From assembly GCA_963752285.1 (NCBI GenBank), contig CAVVXN010000005.1:2240001-2304000 (forward strand): a stretch of 64,000 bases of DNA, in the 5' to 3' direction. A program made the translations under genes and the position numbers. The first letter of the stretch is position 1; the number at the start of each line of letters is the position of its first letter. Positions 47,999-58,671 of this stretch are shown piece after piece. Origin of the DNA: an uncultured Planctomycetota bacterium. GTDB lineage: Bacteria > Planctomycetota > PLA2 > JAEUHO01. The notes below the pieces were generated by a model. It ran no database searches and was not told the DNA's origin. It saw only the letters and a program-made list of their open reading frames with translations.

Positions 47999-48943
47999 TC
48001 ACGGGGTACGTGGGCCAGGATACGGCGGCGCTTCCACGCCCCGGCCCGCGAGCGGATGGCCGAGGTACGGCGCCACGAGTCGCGAGGCCTCGCGCTGCCG
48101 CTCCACGTCCACGCCGTGCCGGATCCCGAGCCGCTCGAGCAGGTAGAGCGCGTCCTCGGTGGCGAGGTTTCCCGCCGCGCGCGGCGCGAACGGGCAGCCC
48201 CCGACACCGCCGCTGCTCGCGTCGTACGCGGCCACGCCGTGGCGGAGCCCCTCCATCAGGTTCGCCACGGCCGTCCCGCGCGTGTCGTGGAAGTGGAGGA
48301 CCACCTTCTCGGTCCCGACGAACGGCAGGAGGACGTCGAGCAGGCGCGCGACGTCGAGCGGGGTCGCGGCGCCGATCGTGTCGCCGATCGAGATCTCGTC
48401 GCACCCGAGGTCGAGGAGCCGCGCGGAGACGTCGCGCACGGCGTCGGGCCGGATGGCGCCCTCGTACGGGCAGACGAAGGCCGTCGAGACGTAGCCGCGG
48501 AGCCGAAGGCGTGCGTCCTTGGCGCCGCGCGCGACGGGCCGGAAGCGCTCGATCGACTCGGCGATGGACGCGTTCACGTTGCGGCGGTTGAACGTCTCCG
48601 ACGCGGCCGTGAACACGGCGACCTTGCCGATCGTGCCGACGGCGAGGGCGCGGTCCAGGCCCCTCTGGTTCGGTACGAGCGCGCCGTACACCACGCCGTC
48701 GGGTGGCGGGCCGAGCGCGCGAAAGAGCGCCTCGGCGTCGGCCAGCTGGGGCACCACGTCGGGCCGGACGAACGACGACACCTCGACGTCGCGGTGCCCC
48801 GCGGCGACGAGCGCGCGGACGAAGGCGGCCTTCACCTCGGTCGGAATGACGTCCGCCTCGTTCTGGAGACCGTCGCGCGGGCCCACCTCGGTCAGGCGGA
48901 CCCCGCGGGGGACGGCGGACGGCGCGCTGGCGCCCGCGGTCAC
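47999..48943 (-). CDS. Hydroxymethylglutaryl-CoA lyase (LiuE-like)
   Basis: EVGPRDGLQNE, GDTIG, LHFHDTRG, GGCPFAP.AAGNLATED. Confidence 0.95.
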   Translation of the reverse strand: MTAGASAPSAVPRGVRLTEVGPRDGLQNEADVIPTEVKAAFVRALVAAGHRDVEVSSFVRPDVVPQLADAEALFRALGPPPDGVVYGALVPNQRGLDRALAVGTIGKVAVFTAASETFNRRNVNASIAESIERFRPVARGAKDARLRLRGYVSTAFVCPYEGAIRPDAVRDVSARLLDLGCDEISIGDTIGAATPLDVARLLDVLLPFVGTEKVVLHFHDTRGTAVANLMEGLRHGVAAYDASSGGVGGCPFAPRAAGNLATEDALYLLERLGIRHGVDVERQREASRLVAPYLGHPLAGRGVEAPPYPGPRTP

Positions 48944-49455
48944 GCGGACACCTCGAACGTGACGACGGGGTCGTCCACCTTCACGCGGTCGCCCACCCGG
49001 CCCCGGACGTCCGCCACGGTCGCCGCGCGCGGGGCGCGGACCGCGTACTCCATCTTCATCGCCTCGACGACGAAGAGGACCTGACCCTCCTCGACCGCGT
49101 CGCCGGCGTTCACCGCCACGTTGAGGAGGACGCCCGTCATCGGGCTCGTGCACATGCGGGCGGGACCCGCGGCGCTCTCGGCGCGCCCGCGCCCCTCGGT
49201 CCGGAGCTCGTAGGTCTGGCCGTCCATCGCGAGCCAGAGCGTCGTGCCCTGGCGCGCGAGCACCGCGCGGTGACGTCGCCCCCCCACGCGGAGGATGACT
49301 GCGTCGCTCGCCGGACGGTGGACGTGCGCCTCGACCTTCGACCAGCCGGACGCCGTCTCGACCACGCCCACCACGCGGTCGTCCTCCAGGCGGACGTCGG
49401 CCGACACGACGAGGCCGCCGACGCGCCACGACCGCTCGAGCCGTCCCCCACTCAC
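48940..49455 (-). CDS. Biotin carboxyl carrier subunit (BT-like + BCCP) of acyl-CoA carboxylase
   Basis: SPMTG, EAMKM biotinylation motif, own GAGG SD. Confidence 0.9.
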   Translation of the reverse strand: MSGGRLERSWRVGGLVVSADVRLEDDRVVGVVETASGWSKVEAHVHRPASDAVILRVGGRRHRAVLARQGTTLWLAMDGQTYELRTEGRGRAESAAGPARMCTSPMTGVLLNVAVNAGDAVEEGQVLFVVEAMKMEYAVRAPRAATVADVRGRVGDRVKVDDPVVTFEVSA

Positions 49456-49474
49456 GACGCTTCCTCGTCCCGGA

Positions 49475-51001
49475 TCATCCGCCGCCCCCGTTCGAGAGGC
49501 GGAACCCGCGGAGCGTAGCCCACGGCGAGGGCCTCGGCGCGCCGCCGTTCGACGACGCGCCGTGGCCCGGCGCCGTGCGCGGGAGGAGCAGGTGGGCCGC
49601 CGCGGCGAGGATCACGGGCGCCGTCGGCGGCGGCTCGTCGCAGAGCGTCTTCGAGGCGCGGTCGATGAAGTCCGTGCGGAGCCGGCCGGCACGGAAGTCC
49701 TCGTGCGCGAGGAGGCGGCGCAGGAAGCCGACGTTGGTCCGGAGGCCCAGGACGACCGTCTCGGCCAGCGCGAGGTCCAGGCGGCGGAGCGCCTCCTCGC
49801 GGGTCTGCCCGTGCGCGATCACCTTCGCGAGGAGCGGGTCGTAGTGCGACGTCACCTCCATGCCGACGGCGAGGGCGGAGTCCACGCGCGTGCCGGGACC
49901 CTCGGGCTCGCGGAGCGCGAGGATCTTGCCGGACGACGGCAAGAAGCCGCGCGCGGGGTCCTCCGCGTACACGCGCGCCTCGATCGCGTGGCCGCGCGGG
50001 AGGAACGCGTCGGGTTCGCGCGGGAGCGGCTCGCCGGCCGCCAGGCGGAGCTGCCACGCGACCAGGTCGAGCCCGAGCACGGCCTCGCTCACGGGATGCT
50101 CGACCTGGAGGCGGCGGTTCATCTCGAGGAAGTGGAACCGCCCGTCCTCGTCGAGGAGGAACTCGACGGTGCCCGCGTTGCGGTAGCCGAGCGCGCGGGC
50201 CGCGGCGGCGCCGGCCTCGTGGATGCGGCGGCGGAGGTCGTCGTCGAGGCCCGGGGCCGGCGTCTCCTCGAGCACCTTCTGGTGGCGGCGCTGCACGGAG
50301 CAGTCGCGCTCGCCGAGGACCACGACGTGCCCGGTGTCGTCGGCCAACACTTGCACCTCGACGTGACGCACGTGCTGGAGGATCCTCTCGACGTAGAGCT
50401 CGGCGTCGCCGAACGCGCCGCCGGCCTCGCGACGCGCGGCCTCGGCGCCGGGGAGCAGCTCCGCCTCAGAGTGCACCTCGCGCATGCCCTTCCCGCCGCC
50501 GCCCCGCGCGGCCTTCAGGAGCAGCGGGTAGCCGAGCTCGTTCGCGATGGCGAGCAGGGCGTCTCCGTCGTCGGGCACGACCTCGAGCGGACCGGGGATG
50601 ACGGGGACCCCCGCCTTCGCGACGAGGCGCTTCACGGTCAGCTTGTCCGAGGACGCGGCCAGCACATCCGCCGGCGGGCCGATGAACACGAGGCCGGCGT
50701 CGTGGACGGCCTCTGCGAAGCGCGCGTCCTCGGAGAGGAACCCGTAGCCGGGGTGCACGGCGTCGGCGCCGCTCGACCGCGCGGCGGCGAGGAGCGCGTC
50801 CACGCGGAGATACGAGGCACGCGCCTCGGCGGGGCCGATCGACACGGCCTCGTCGGCCTCGAGCACGTGGCGGTGGTCGGCGTCGGCGTCGCTGTACACG
50901 GCGACCGAGCGGAGCCCGAGCGCGCGGAGCGTCCGGACGATCCGGAGCGCGATCTCGCCGCGGTTCGCGATCAGCACCTTCTCGAAGGGCAGGCGCGTCA
51001 T
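49475..51001 (-). CDS. Biotin carboxylase subunit (methylcrotonyl-CoA carboxylase alpha, N-part)
   Basis: KVLIANRGEIA, HPGYGFLSE, GGGGKGM, DCSVQRRHQK, FLEMN.RLQVEHPV. No biotinyl domain. Confidence 0.93.
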   Translation of the reverse strand: MTRLPFEKVLIANRGEIALRIVRTLRALGLRSVAVYSDADADHRHVLEADEAVSIGPAEARASYLRVDALLAAARSSGADAVHPGYGFLSEDARFAEAVHDAGLVFIGPPADVLAASSDKLTVKRLVAKAGVPVIPGPLEVVPDDGDALLAIANELGYPLLLKAARGGGGKGMREVHSEAELLPGAEAARREAGGAFGDAELYVERILQHVRHVEVQVLADDTGHVVVLGERDCSVQRRHQKVLEETPAPGLDDDLRRRIHEAGAAAARALGYRNAGTVEFLLDEDGRFHFLEMNRRLQVEHPVSEAVLGLDLVAWQLRLAAGEPLPREPDAFLPRGHAIEARVYAEDPARGFLPSSGKILALREPEGPGTRVDSALAVGMEVTSHYDPLLAKVIAHGQTREEALRRLDLALAETVVLGLRTNVGFLRRLLAHEDFRAGRLRTDFIDRASKTLCDEPPPTAPVILAAAAHLLLPRTAPGHGASSNGGAPRPSPWATLRGFRLSNGGGG

Positions 51002-51795
51002 CGGGCGGGCCCCCACGGCGGCGGCCGTCGCGCGAGGAACGCCCCCGTCCCCGCACGGCCGTCCGCCGACGCGCGCGCCTCGGCGATCGCCTCGCGGGCG
51101 AGGCGCTGGCGGTCGGCGTCGGTAGCCGCGTGGAGGAGGTCGCGGGTCAGCGCCTTCGCGCGCCGGACGGCGTCGGGCGAGGTCTGGCGGACCTCGCCGA
51201 GGGCCTCGGCCACGGCCTCGTCGAGGCGCGCCGCGGGGACGACGCGGTCCACGAGGCCGAGGCGCAGCGCCTCCTCGGCCTCGAGGACCCGGCCCGTGAC
51301 GAACAGGCGGCGCGCGGCGCCCGCGCCGATCCGTCGGAGCACGTAGGGCGCGACGACGCCCGGGACGAGGCCGAGGCGGACCTCCGGAAAGCCGAGGCGC
51401 GTTCCCTCGGCGGCGATCGCCACGTCGGCGACCGCGACCAGGCCCGCGCCGCCGCCGAGCGCCGCGCCCGTGACGCGCGCGAGGACCACGTGCGGGCACC
51501 GGTCGATCGCGTCGTACGCCCGCTGGAACGCCTCGGCGTCGGCGAGGTTCTCGTCGGGCCCGTAGTCGGCGACGCGCCGCATCCACGCGAGGTCCCCGCC
51601 CGCGCAGAAGACCGGCCCCGCGCCCTCGAGGACGACCGCGCGCACCCCGTCCTCGCCCGCGAGGTCCACGAACGCCCGCTCGAGCTCGGCCGCGAGACGG
51701 TCGTCGAACGCGTTCCGCTTGGCGGCGCGGTCGAGGACCACGCGCGCGTGGTCCCCCTCTCTTCGGACGACGAGGCTCGGCGCGGTGTCGCTCAT
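50998..51795 (-). CDS. Enoyl-CoA hydratase (methylglutaconyl-CoA hydratase, LiuC-like)
   Basis: RNAF, FCAGGDL.WM, GAALGGG.GL, EVRLGL.P. Position between the MCC subunits. Confidence 0.88.
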   Translation of the reverse strand: MSDTAPSLVVRREGDHARVVLDRAAKRNAFDDRLAAELERAFVDLAGEDGVRAVVLEGAGPVFCAGGDLAWMRRVADYGPDENLADAEAFQRAYDAIDRCPHVVLARVTGAALGGGAGLVAVADVAIAAEGTRLGFPEVRLGLVPGVVAPYVLRRIGAGAARRLFVTGRVLEAEEALRLGLVDRVVPAARLDEAVAEALGEVRQTSPDAVRRAKALTRDLLHAATDADRQRLAREAIAEARASADGRAGTGAFLARRPPPWGPAR

Positions 51796-51798
51796 CGG

Positions 51799-53409
51799 CT
51801 ACATGCGGTACACGGGCGCCGCGGGCGCGGGATCGGGGGCGTGGAGCGTCACGGCGAGCGCGAGGCCCAGGACGTCGCGCGTCTCGCGCGGGTCGATCAC
51901 CCCGTCGTCCCAGAGGCGCGCGCTCCCGTAGTAGGGGTGGCCCTCGACCTCGTACTTCTCGCGGATGGGGTCGAGGATCGCCGCCTCCTCGTCGGGGTCG
52001 AGAGCGGGCGCGCCCTCGTACGCGCGCTGGTCGCGCTTCACCGTGAGCAGCGTCTGCGCGGCCTGCTCGCCCCCCATCACGCTGATCCGAGCGTTCGGCC
52101 AGGTGAAGAGGAAGCGCGGGTCGTACGCGCGCCCGCACATCCCGTAGTTGCCCGCGCCGAACGACGAGCCGATGACCACGGTGATGCGCGGCACGTTCAC
52201 GGTCGCGACGGCCTGCACCATCTTCGCCCCGTCCCGCGCGATGCCGCCGTTCTCGGCCTCCTTCCCGACCATGAAGCCCGTCACGTTCTGGAGGAAGAGC
52301 AGCGGAATCCCGCGCTGGCCGCACAGGAGGACGAAGTGCGCGCCCTTCCGCGCGGACTCGGCGAAGAGGACGCCGTTGTTCGCGACGATGCCCACGGGGT
52401 AGCCGTGCAGGTGCGCGAAGCCGGTGACGAGCGTGGTGCCGTAGCGCGCCTTGAACTCCTGGAAGCGGCTCCCGTCCGCGATCCGCGCGATGACCTCGCG
52501 CACGTCGTACGGGATACGCAGGTCGGTCGGGAGGATCCCGAGGATCTCGTCCGGCGGATAGAGCGGGGGCTCCGGCTCCCTGCGGTCGAGCGTGCGCGGC
52601 GGCGGCCGGTTCAGGCTCTCGAGGATCGACCGGAGCAGCGAGATGGCGTGGTCGTCGTCCTCCGCGAAGTGGTCGGCGACGCCGCTCACGCGCGTGTGGA
52701 CGTCCGCGCCGCCGAGGTCCTCGGCCGACACCTCCTCGCCGGTCGCCGCCTTCACGAGGGGCGGCCCCGCGAGGAAGATGGTCCCCGCGCCCTTCACGAT
52801 CACGGCCTCGTCGCTCATCGCGGGCACGTACGCGCCGCCCGCGGTGCACGACCCGAGGACCGCGGAGATCTGCGGAACCCGGAGCGACGAGAGGACCGCC
52901 TGGTTGCGGAAGATGCGGCCGAAGTGGAGCCGGTCCGGGAAGACCTCGGCCTGGAGCGGCAGGAACGCGCCGCCGGAGTCCACGAGGTACACGCAGGGGA
53001 GACGGTTCTCGATCGCCACCTCTTGCGCGCGGACGTGCTTCTTGACGGTCAGGGGGTGATAGCTCCCTCCCTTCACGGTCGCGTCGTTCGCGAGGACCAT
53101 CGTGACGCGGCCGTGGACGAGGCCGATGCCCGTGACGATGCCGGCGGCCGGCACGTCGCTCCCGTACACGCCGTGCGCCGCGAGGGGCGAGAGCTCGAGG
53201 AAGGGGCTCCCGGGGTCGAGCAGCCGGTCGATGCGCTCGCGAGGCAGCACCTTGCCCCGCTCCTTGTGCTTCCGCCGGGCCTTCTCGGGCCCGCCGAGGC
53301 GGATGCGGGCGAGGAGCGCGCGGAGGTCCTCGACCTCGGCGAGGTGCCGCTCGAGGTTCGTGCGGTACGTGTCCGAGCTCGCGTCTACGTGGGTGGGCAG
53401 GACGTCCAT
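51799..53409 (-). CDS. Methylcrotonyl-CoA carboxylase beta (carboxyltransferase, LiuB-like)
   Basis: [48 protein letters not shown]. Start 53409 preferred because 53421 overlaps a TACGAT box. Confidence 0.95.
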   Translation of the reverse strand: MDVLPTHVDASSDTYRTNLERHLAEVEDLRALLARIRLGGPEKARRKHKERGKVLPRERIDRLLDPGSPFLELSPLAAHGVYGSDVPAAGIVTGIGLVHGRVTMVLANDATVKGGSYHPLTVKKHVRAQEVAIENRLPCVYLVDSGGAFLPLQAEVFPDRLHFGRIFRNQAVLSSLRVPQISAVLGSCTAGGAYVPAMSDEAVIVKGAGTIFLAGPPLVKAATGEEVSAEDLGGADVHTRVSGVADHFAEDDDHAISLLRSILESLNRPPPRTLDRREPEPPLYPPDEILGILPTDLRIPYDVREVIARIADGSRFQEFKARYGTTLVTGFAHLHGYPVGIVANNGVLFAESARKGAHFVLLCGQRGIPLLFLQNVTGFMVGKEAENGGIARDGAKMVQAVATVNVPRITVVIGSSFGAGNYGMCGRAYDPRFLFTWPNARISVMGGEQAAQTLLTVKRDQRAYEGAPALDPDEEAAILDPIREKYEVEGHPYYGSARLWDDGVIDPRETRDVLGLALAVTLHAPDPAPAAPVYRM

Positions 53410-53488
53410 CGGGCGCGGCATCGTACCGCCCCCGGCCCGGGAGCCCGTCGGCTCCGCCGGGGGAACCGACCCGGCGGCGTCGTGGCCG

Positions 53489-53761
53489 CTACTCGACCGT
53501 CACGACGGTTCGCACCTCGGGGACGTGGTCCCTGAGCGCGCGCTCGATCCCCATCTTGAGGGTCATCGTGCTGCTCGGACACGAGTTGCAGGCGCCCTGG
53601 AGTCTCAGCGTGACGACGCCCTCGTCGTACGCGAGGTACTCGAGGTCCCCGCCGTCCCGCTGCAAGAACGGTCGGATCTGCTCGAGGATCGCCTGGACCT
53701 TCTCGGCGGGCGTCTTCGCGACCTCGCCCGCGGAGGGTCCCGAGGCAGGCGGCGTGGACAT
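53489..53761 (-). CDS. NifU C-terminal (Nfu) Fe-S carrier protein
   Basis: [29 protein letters not shown]. Confidence 0.93.
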   Translation of the reverse strand: MSTPPASGPSAGEVAKTPAEKVQAILEQIRPFLQRDGGDLEYLAYDEGVVTLRLQGACNSCPSSTMTLKMGIERALRDHVPEVRTVVTVE

Positions 53762-53870
53762 GGCGGCTCCCGGGGGACGTGGCTCGCCTAGAGGATAGCC
53801 GTCCGATCGGCGGCGGTCGCCCCGGTACGCTGGGTTCGGGCCCGGTCCGGGCCCGAGCGGGAGGCGCGGG

Positions 53871-54617
53871 ATGGAGTCGGACGGCTCGGGGGTCGCCCTC
53901 GTCACCGGCGCGGGCGGCGGCGTCGGCGGTCGGACCGCCGAGGTCCTGGACCGCGCGGGCTGGAGGGTCGCGCTCCTCGGTCGGACCGCGGCGTCGCTCG
54001 AGCGAACCGCCCGCGGGCTCCGAAACCCCCACGTGGTCCTCGCGGCCGACGTGGCCGACCGGGACGCCGTCGAGGCGCGCGTGCGCGAGACGGAGCGCCG
54101 GCTCGGGCCGCCCACGGCCCTCGTGAACGCGGCGGGGGTCTCGGCCGCGGCGCCGCTCCTGCCTCCCGACGACGAGATCTTCGACCGGACGATCGGGACG
54201 AACCTCCGCGGCGCGTGGGTGGTCACCACGGCCTGCCTGCCGGGCATGCTCCGCGCGGGCCACGGCGTGGTCGTGAACGTCGCGAGCACCGCGGCGCTGC
54301 GCGGCTACCGCCACGTCGCGGCATACGTCGCGAGCAAGCACGGCCTCCTCGGGCTCACGCGGGCGTGGGCCCTCGACCTCGAGAAGAAGGGCGTGCGCGT
54401 CCACGCGATCTGTCCGGGATTCCTCGACACCGAGATGACGGCGGTGAGCGTCGCGGCGATCGTCGCGCGGACGAGCCTCTCCTTGGAGGACGCCCGCGCG
54501 GCCCTCGCCCGCCAGAACGCGAGCGGTCGGCTGATCGCCCCCGAGGCGGTCGCGGCCCGCGTCCTCGCCCTCCTCGACCCCGCGACGGGCACCGGTCGGG
54601 TCGAGACCCTCGAGTAG
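53871..54617 (+). CDS. Short-chain dehydrogenase/reductase
   Basis: [22 protein letters not shown] (YxxxK), ICPG..DT.M. Confidence 0.92.
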   Translation: MESDGSGVALVTGAGGGVGGRTAEVLDRAGWRVALLGRTAASLERTARGLRNPHVVLAADVADRDAVEARVRETERRLGPPTALVNAAGVSAAAPLLPPDDEIFDRTIGTNLRGAWVVTTACLPGMLRAGHGVVVNVASTAALRGYRHVAAYVASKHGLLGLTRAWALDLEKKGVRVHAICPGFLDTEMTAVSVAAIVARTSLSLEDARAALARQNASGRLIAPEAVAARVLALLDPATGTGRVETLE

Positions 54618-54714
54618 TCGCGCCCGCGCCCGCCCCATTCCTTCGCGACGCACCCGGGGCGTGCCATCCTGCGACGAACGCGCCCCGCGCGACGCCACAG
54701 GGAGGGAGCGCACG

Positions 54715-56085
54715 ATGATCCGATTCGGGCCCGGGAACCTCAGGATCCCCCGCTTCCAGAAGCCCGTCTTCGCGGTGGCCGGCGGGCTCACCGACTACCG
54801 AAAGCGCTATCCCGAGAAGAACACCTCCGAGCTCTGCATGGAGGCGACGCGGATGGCGGTCGAGGAGAACGACCTCAAGGTCTCTCCCGACGAGCTCCGC
54901 CGCCGCGTCAACTGGTGCGTGTACTCGCAGTTCGCCGACCACTTCGGCGACCAGCTCCTCGCGGCGGCGAAGATCCACGACTACCTGGGCTTCGACCCGC
55001 TCGGGAACATCGAGGTCAAGACCGGCGGCGCCACCGGTGGCTCCGCGGTCCTCGCCGCGTGTCAGGCCGTGGCCTCGGGCTACGCCGACTGCGTGCTCGT
55101 CGTCGGGTGGGAGCGCATGGACGAGGTCTCGACGCGGGTCGGCAACGCGTACATCGCCTCCGCCGCGTGCAAGGACTTCGAGAGCGAGCTCGGGTGGATG
55201 TACGCCGCCTACTACGCGCTCATGGCGCAGCGGTACCAGTACGAGAACCAGGTCCCCCACGAGACGCTCGCGAAGATCGCGGTCAAGAACCACGAGTACG
55301 CCCGTCACTCGCCCTACGCGCAGCAGCCCGGCCGATACACGGTCGAGGACGTGCTGAAGAACCCCGAGGTCTCGACCCCGCTGACCTTCCTGGAGTGCTG
55401 CGCCATGAGCGTCGGGGCGGCGACGCTGCTCGTCTGCGACGAGAAGGTGGCGCACGAGATCTCCGACGCGCCCGTCGAGATCAAGGCCTGCTGCGGCGGC
55501 ACGCACACCCTCCGCACGGCCGACCGGCGGAACATGCCGATCCTCCTCCTCCCGAACGAGGACGAGAAGACGTACGCCGAGTACTTCGCGGACCGGCGCC
55601 ACGAGTGGCCGGGCTTCTCGTCGTTCCTCGCCGCGCGGATGGCCGCCTACCTCGCGTACCACCAGGCGGGCATCCACGACCCCGTCGAGGACCTCGACCT
55701 CCTCGAGACCCACGACGCGTTCACGATCAGCGACATCCAGACGTACGAGGACGTCGGGCTGAGGCCGTACGGCCGAGGGCGCGAGTTCATCGAGTCGGGC
55801 GACGCGTACTACGAGGGGCGCCTCCCCACGAACCTCTCGGGCGGGCTCATCGGGACGATGCACGCGGTGGGCGCCACCGGCATCTTCCAGGTCGTCGAGC
55901 TCCTCTGGCAGCTCCAGCAGAAGTGGGCGAAGTTCCACGCGGCGCCCGAGCTCTGGACGCGCTACGCGAAGTCGAAACCCGACGACCACCGCGACCTGCA
56001 GGTGAAGAAGGCCCGGCGGGGCATGGCGATCTCGCACGCCGGGACGGGAAGCCACGTGACGTGCACCATCCTCGAGAGGGCCTGA
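54715..56085 (+). CDS. SCP2/archaeal-type thiolase-fold protein lacking the canonical nucleophilic Cys
   Basis: KTGGATGG at the CxS position, VVGWERM, AVKNH, ETHDAF, NLSGG, HAVGATG. Confidence 0.88.
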   Translation: MIRFGPGNLRIPRFQKPVFAVAGGLTDYRKRYPEKNTSELCMEATRMAVEENDLKVSPDELRRRVNWCVYSQFADHFGDQLLAAAKIHDYLGFDPLGNIEVKTGGATGGSAVLAACQAVASGYADCVLVVGWERMDEVSTRVGNAYIASAACKDFESELGWMYAAYYALMAQRYQYENQVPHETLAKIAVKNHEYARHSPYAQQPGRYTVEDVLKNPEVSTPLTFLECCAMSVGAATLLVCDEKVAHEISDAPVEIKACCGGTHTLRTADRRNMPILLLPNEDEKTYAEYFADRRHEWPGFSSFLAARMAAYLAYHQAGIHDPVEDLDLLETHDAFTISDIQTYEDVGLRPYGRGREFIESGDAYYEGRLPTNLSGGLIGTMHAVGATGIFQVVELLWQLQQKWAKFHAAPELWTRYAKSKPDDHRDLQVKKARRGMAISHAGTGSHVTCTILERA

Positions 56086-56088
56086 GCC

Positions 56089-56562
56089 ATGACCGTGAAG
56101 CTCGACGGCACGAAGGCGGACCTTTTGAGTCGCGACCCGATGGTCGTGAAGAACCAGAAGAGCTGGTACCACGCGCACTCGTACGGCGGGTGGAGTCGGT
56201 TCTTCCAGGGCCTCCAGGAGGGGCGCCTGCTCGGCACGAGGTGCACGAGCTCCGACTGCTCCGAGAAGCGGATCTTCCTGCCGCCCCGTACCGACTGCGT
56301 GGACTGCTGGGCGCGAACCGAGTGGGTGGAGGTGCCTCCGAAGGGCCGCGTGTTCACGTTCAGCGAGATCACGTACCCCGGCGAGCTGTTCCGCGCGGAG
56401 CCGCCGGTCTACCTCATCAGCGTGGAGATCGAGGGGGTCTGCACGAAGCTGATGTCGTACCTCCGGGACGGGAAGCCGGAGTTCGGGATGCCCGTCCGCG
56501 CGGTGTTCGAGACGAAGAACCCGACGAACACGATCCTCGACCTGGCGTGGGTCCCCGCCTGA
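56089..56562 (+). CDS. DUF35 family Zn-ribbon + OB-fold protein
   Basis: GTRC....C, LPPRTDCVDC, G.V.TF, GMPVRAVF. Starts 3 nt after the thiolase stop. Confidence 0.92.
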   Translation: MTVKLDGTKADLLSRDPMVVKNQKSWYHAHSYGGWSRFFQGLQEGRLLGTRCTSSDCSEKRIFLPPRTDCVDCWARTEWVEVPPKGRVFTFSEITYPGELFRAEPPVYLISVEIEGVCTKLMSYLRDGKPEFGMPVRAVFETKNPTNTILDLAWVPA

Positions 56563-56915
56563 CCCCCCCATACGGAGCCAGAGCAATTCGTCCGAATCAG
56601 CCGGGGGCGCCCCGGCGGATCGGACGCGATGGCGGCCCGGATGGCGGCCGCAGGCCGGGGCTCCGAACGGCCGCCCCGTAGCCGCCCCCCCACCCCGCCG
56701 GTCCCGGCCCTCGGGTCGCCGTCCGACGCCCCGCCCCCCTCGTCGCCGACCCCACGGAGCCAGGGCGACCTCGTCGCCTCGCCGAGCACGAGCGTCTCGC
56801 CCTCGGCGAGACCGAGACGAACGTCCGTCCCTCGGCGGTCTCGTAGCCTCCCGCCGAGCCGGCCCCGGGCGCGGCCCCCGATCTCGCGCGCGCCCCTCGG
56901 CGGCGCAGGAGACCC

Positions 56916-57527
56916 ATGACGGACCTCGCGGAGCAGCTGGGCGGCATCGACATCTACCTGCTCGACCAGGTCCTGCGGGGCCGCATCCACGAGGGGCAGC
57001 GGATCCTCGACGTCGGCTGCGGCAACGGCCGGAACCTCACCTACTTCCTGCGGCAGGGCTTCGACGTCTCGGCGATCGACACCGACGCGCGGAGCGTGGC
57101 GCATGTCCGTGCGCTCGTCGCGGAGCTGGCCCCTCGTCTCGAGGGCGACCGGGTCCACGTCGCGCGGGTCGAGGACATGCCCTTCGCCGACGGCGCCTTC
57201 GACGTCGTCGTCGCGAACGCCGTCCTCCACTTCGCACGCGATCCCGAGAACTTCGCGGAGATGCTCGGCGAGGTGCGCCGTGTCCTCGCCCCCGGCGGCA
57301 TCCTCTTCGCCCGCCTGGCCTCGCGCATCGGGATCGAGGACGCGCTCGAGCCGATCGGGAACGGCCGCTGCCACCTGCCCGACGGGACCGACCGGTACGT
57401 CGTCGATCTCGACCAGCTGCTCGCGTGGACGGAGCGCCTGGGCGGCGCCCTGCTCGACCCGATCAAGACGACGAACGTGCAGGGCCTTCGATGCATCACG
57501 ACGTGGGTCCTCCGGATCGCGAGCTGA
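56916..57527 (+). CDS. Class I SAM-dependent methyltransferase
   Basis: IDIYLLDQ.LRGR, ILDVGCGNGRN, FDVV.ANAVLHFA, LAPGG. Confidence 0.9.
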   Translation: MTDLAEQLGGIDIYLLDQVLRGRIHEGQRILDVGCGNGRNLTYFLRQGFDVSAIDTDARSVAHVRALVAELAPRLEGDRVHVARVEDMPFADGAFDVVVANAVLHFARDPENFAEMLGEVRRVLAPGGILFARLASRIGIEDALEPIGNGRCHLPDGTDRYVVDLDQLLAWTERLGGALLDPIKTTNVQGLRCITTWVLRIAS

Positions 57528-58027
57528 GGCGGCGGACCCAGGCCGAGACCGGCGCGCGGCGCGCGGTCGCGATCGACGAGGGCCGGTAGGCCTCGATCAC
57601 GGCCCAGCCTCCGCCGCGCGACGACCGGATCCCCCGAGGCCGCCGCGGGCCCGCCCCTGCTGGTTCTCCACGACTCCCCGGTGGACGTACGTACCCGCGA
57701 CGCGCGGGTTCCCCTCGGGGTCGGTGCCCCGGCGGGCCCTGCACGCCCGGGGTGGTGGGACCCCGGTCCGTGTCGTCGTCACCGTTCCTCACCGCCGCGC
57801 TCGAGCGGCTCGGAGGCCGTCGGACGACCGAGGGAGAGACGGTGTCGATCGCGTTCTCGACGCGGGTCGCCACGCCGACGTCGGGCGGGACGTCGTGGAG
57901 ACGCCGCACGATCGTCGTCCCCGATCGACCCGGCAGCGCCGAGGAGCGAACGGCCGTCCCGAACGTGCGCGCGTACAGCGCGGTAGACCGGGGAAGACGC
58001 GACGCGCGCCAGGGGGCAGAGGAGCCG

Positions 58028-58060
58028 GCACGGCCGTCGATCTCGAAGCGACGGCCGTGC
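58028..58060. repeat. Perfect 12-bp inverted repeat (possible terminator/processing hairpin)
   Basis: GCACGGCCGTCG-N9-CGACGGCCGTGC, about 65 nt downstream of the GNAT gene. No U-tract. Confidence 0.4.
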
Positions 58061-58125
58061 GTGCCGCGCGCGCCCACCCATTCGACCGACCGCCGGCTTC
58101 GCGCCCGCGACGCCGACGGCAGGCG

Positions 58126-58671
58126 CTACGGGTCCGTCGTCATCGCCGTCGCGTCAGGGGTCAGCCGGGCCGGCCGCTCGGTGGCGTAGACGAGGTGCGG
58201 CATGCCCTTCCGCGTCGTCTCGACGATGCGATCGTGAACCCGCTCGGCCACCGTGCGCGAGGCGACATTGTCGGCGTGGACGATCGAGACGACGAGTCCG
58301 CATCCCAAGACGTCGAGCGCGTGGTCGCGGCACGCGCGGGCCGCTTCGGTCGCGAGGCCGCGGCGTCGGAGGCGCCCCACGACGTGGTAGCCCACCTCGT
58401 GGCGGGGCGACCCTTCCACGTCCTGCATCGTGATCCCGCAGTCGCCCACGTACTCGCCGGTCTCGCGAAGCTCCATGGCCCACAGCCCGAAGCCGTGGTT
58501 CTCGTAGTTCCGCAGATTCCACCGGATCCAGCCCTCCGCGTCGGCCTCGGGGTTCTCGTGGATCGGGTAGAACCGTCGCGCGTACTCGTCCTCGAACTGC
58601 GCTACGACGTGCGACAGGTCATCGAGCGTGAAGGGACGGAGACGCAGTCGCTCGGTCTGGGGAATCCGCAT
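58126..58671 (-). CDS. GNAT N-acetyltransferase (RimJ/RimL family)
   Basis: TERLRLRPF, GFGLWA, VGDCG, EVGY, RRGLATEAA, N.ASR.VAER. Confidence 0.92.
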   Translation of the reverse strand: MRIPQTERLRLRPFTLDDLSHVVAQFEDEYARRFYPIHENPEADAEGWIRWNLRNYENHGFGLWAMELRETGEYVGDCGITMQDVEGSPRHEVGYHVVGRLRRRGLATEAARACRDHALDVLGCGLVVSIVHADNVASRTVAERVHDRIVETTRKGMPHLVYATERPARLTPDATAMTTDP

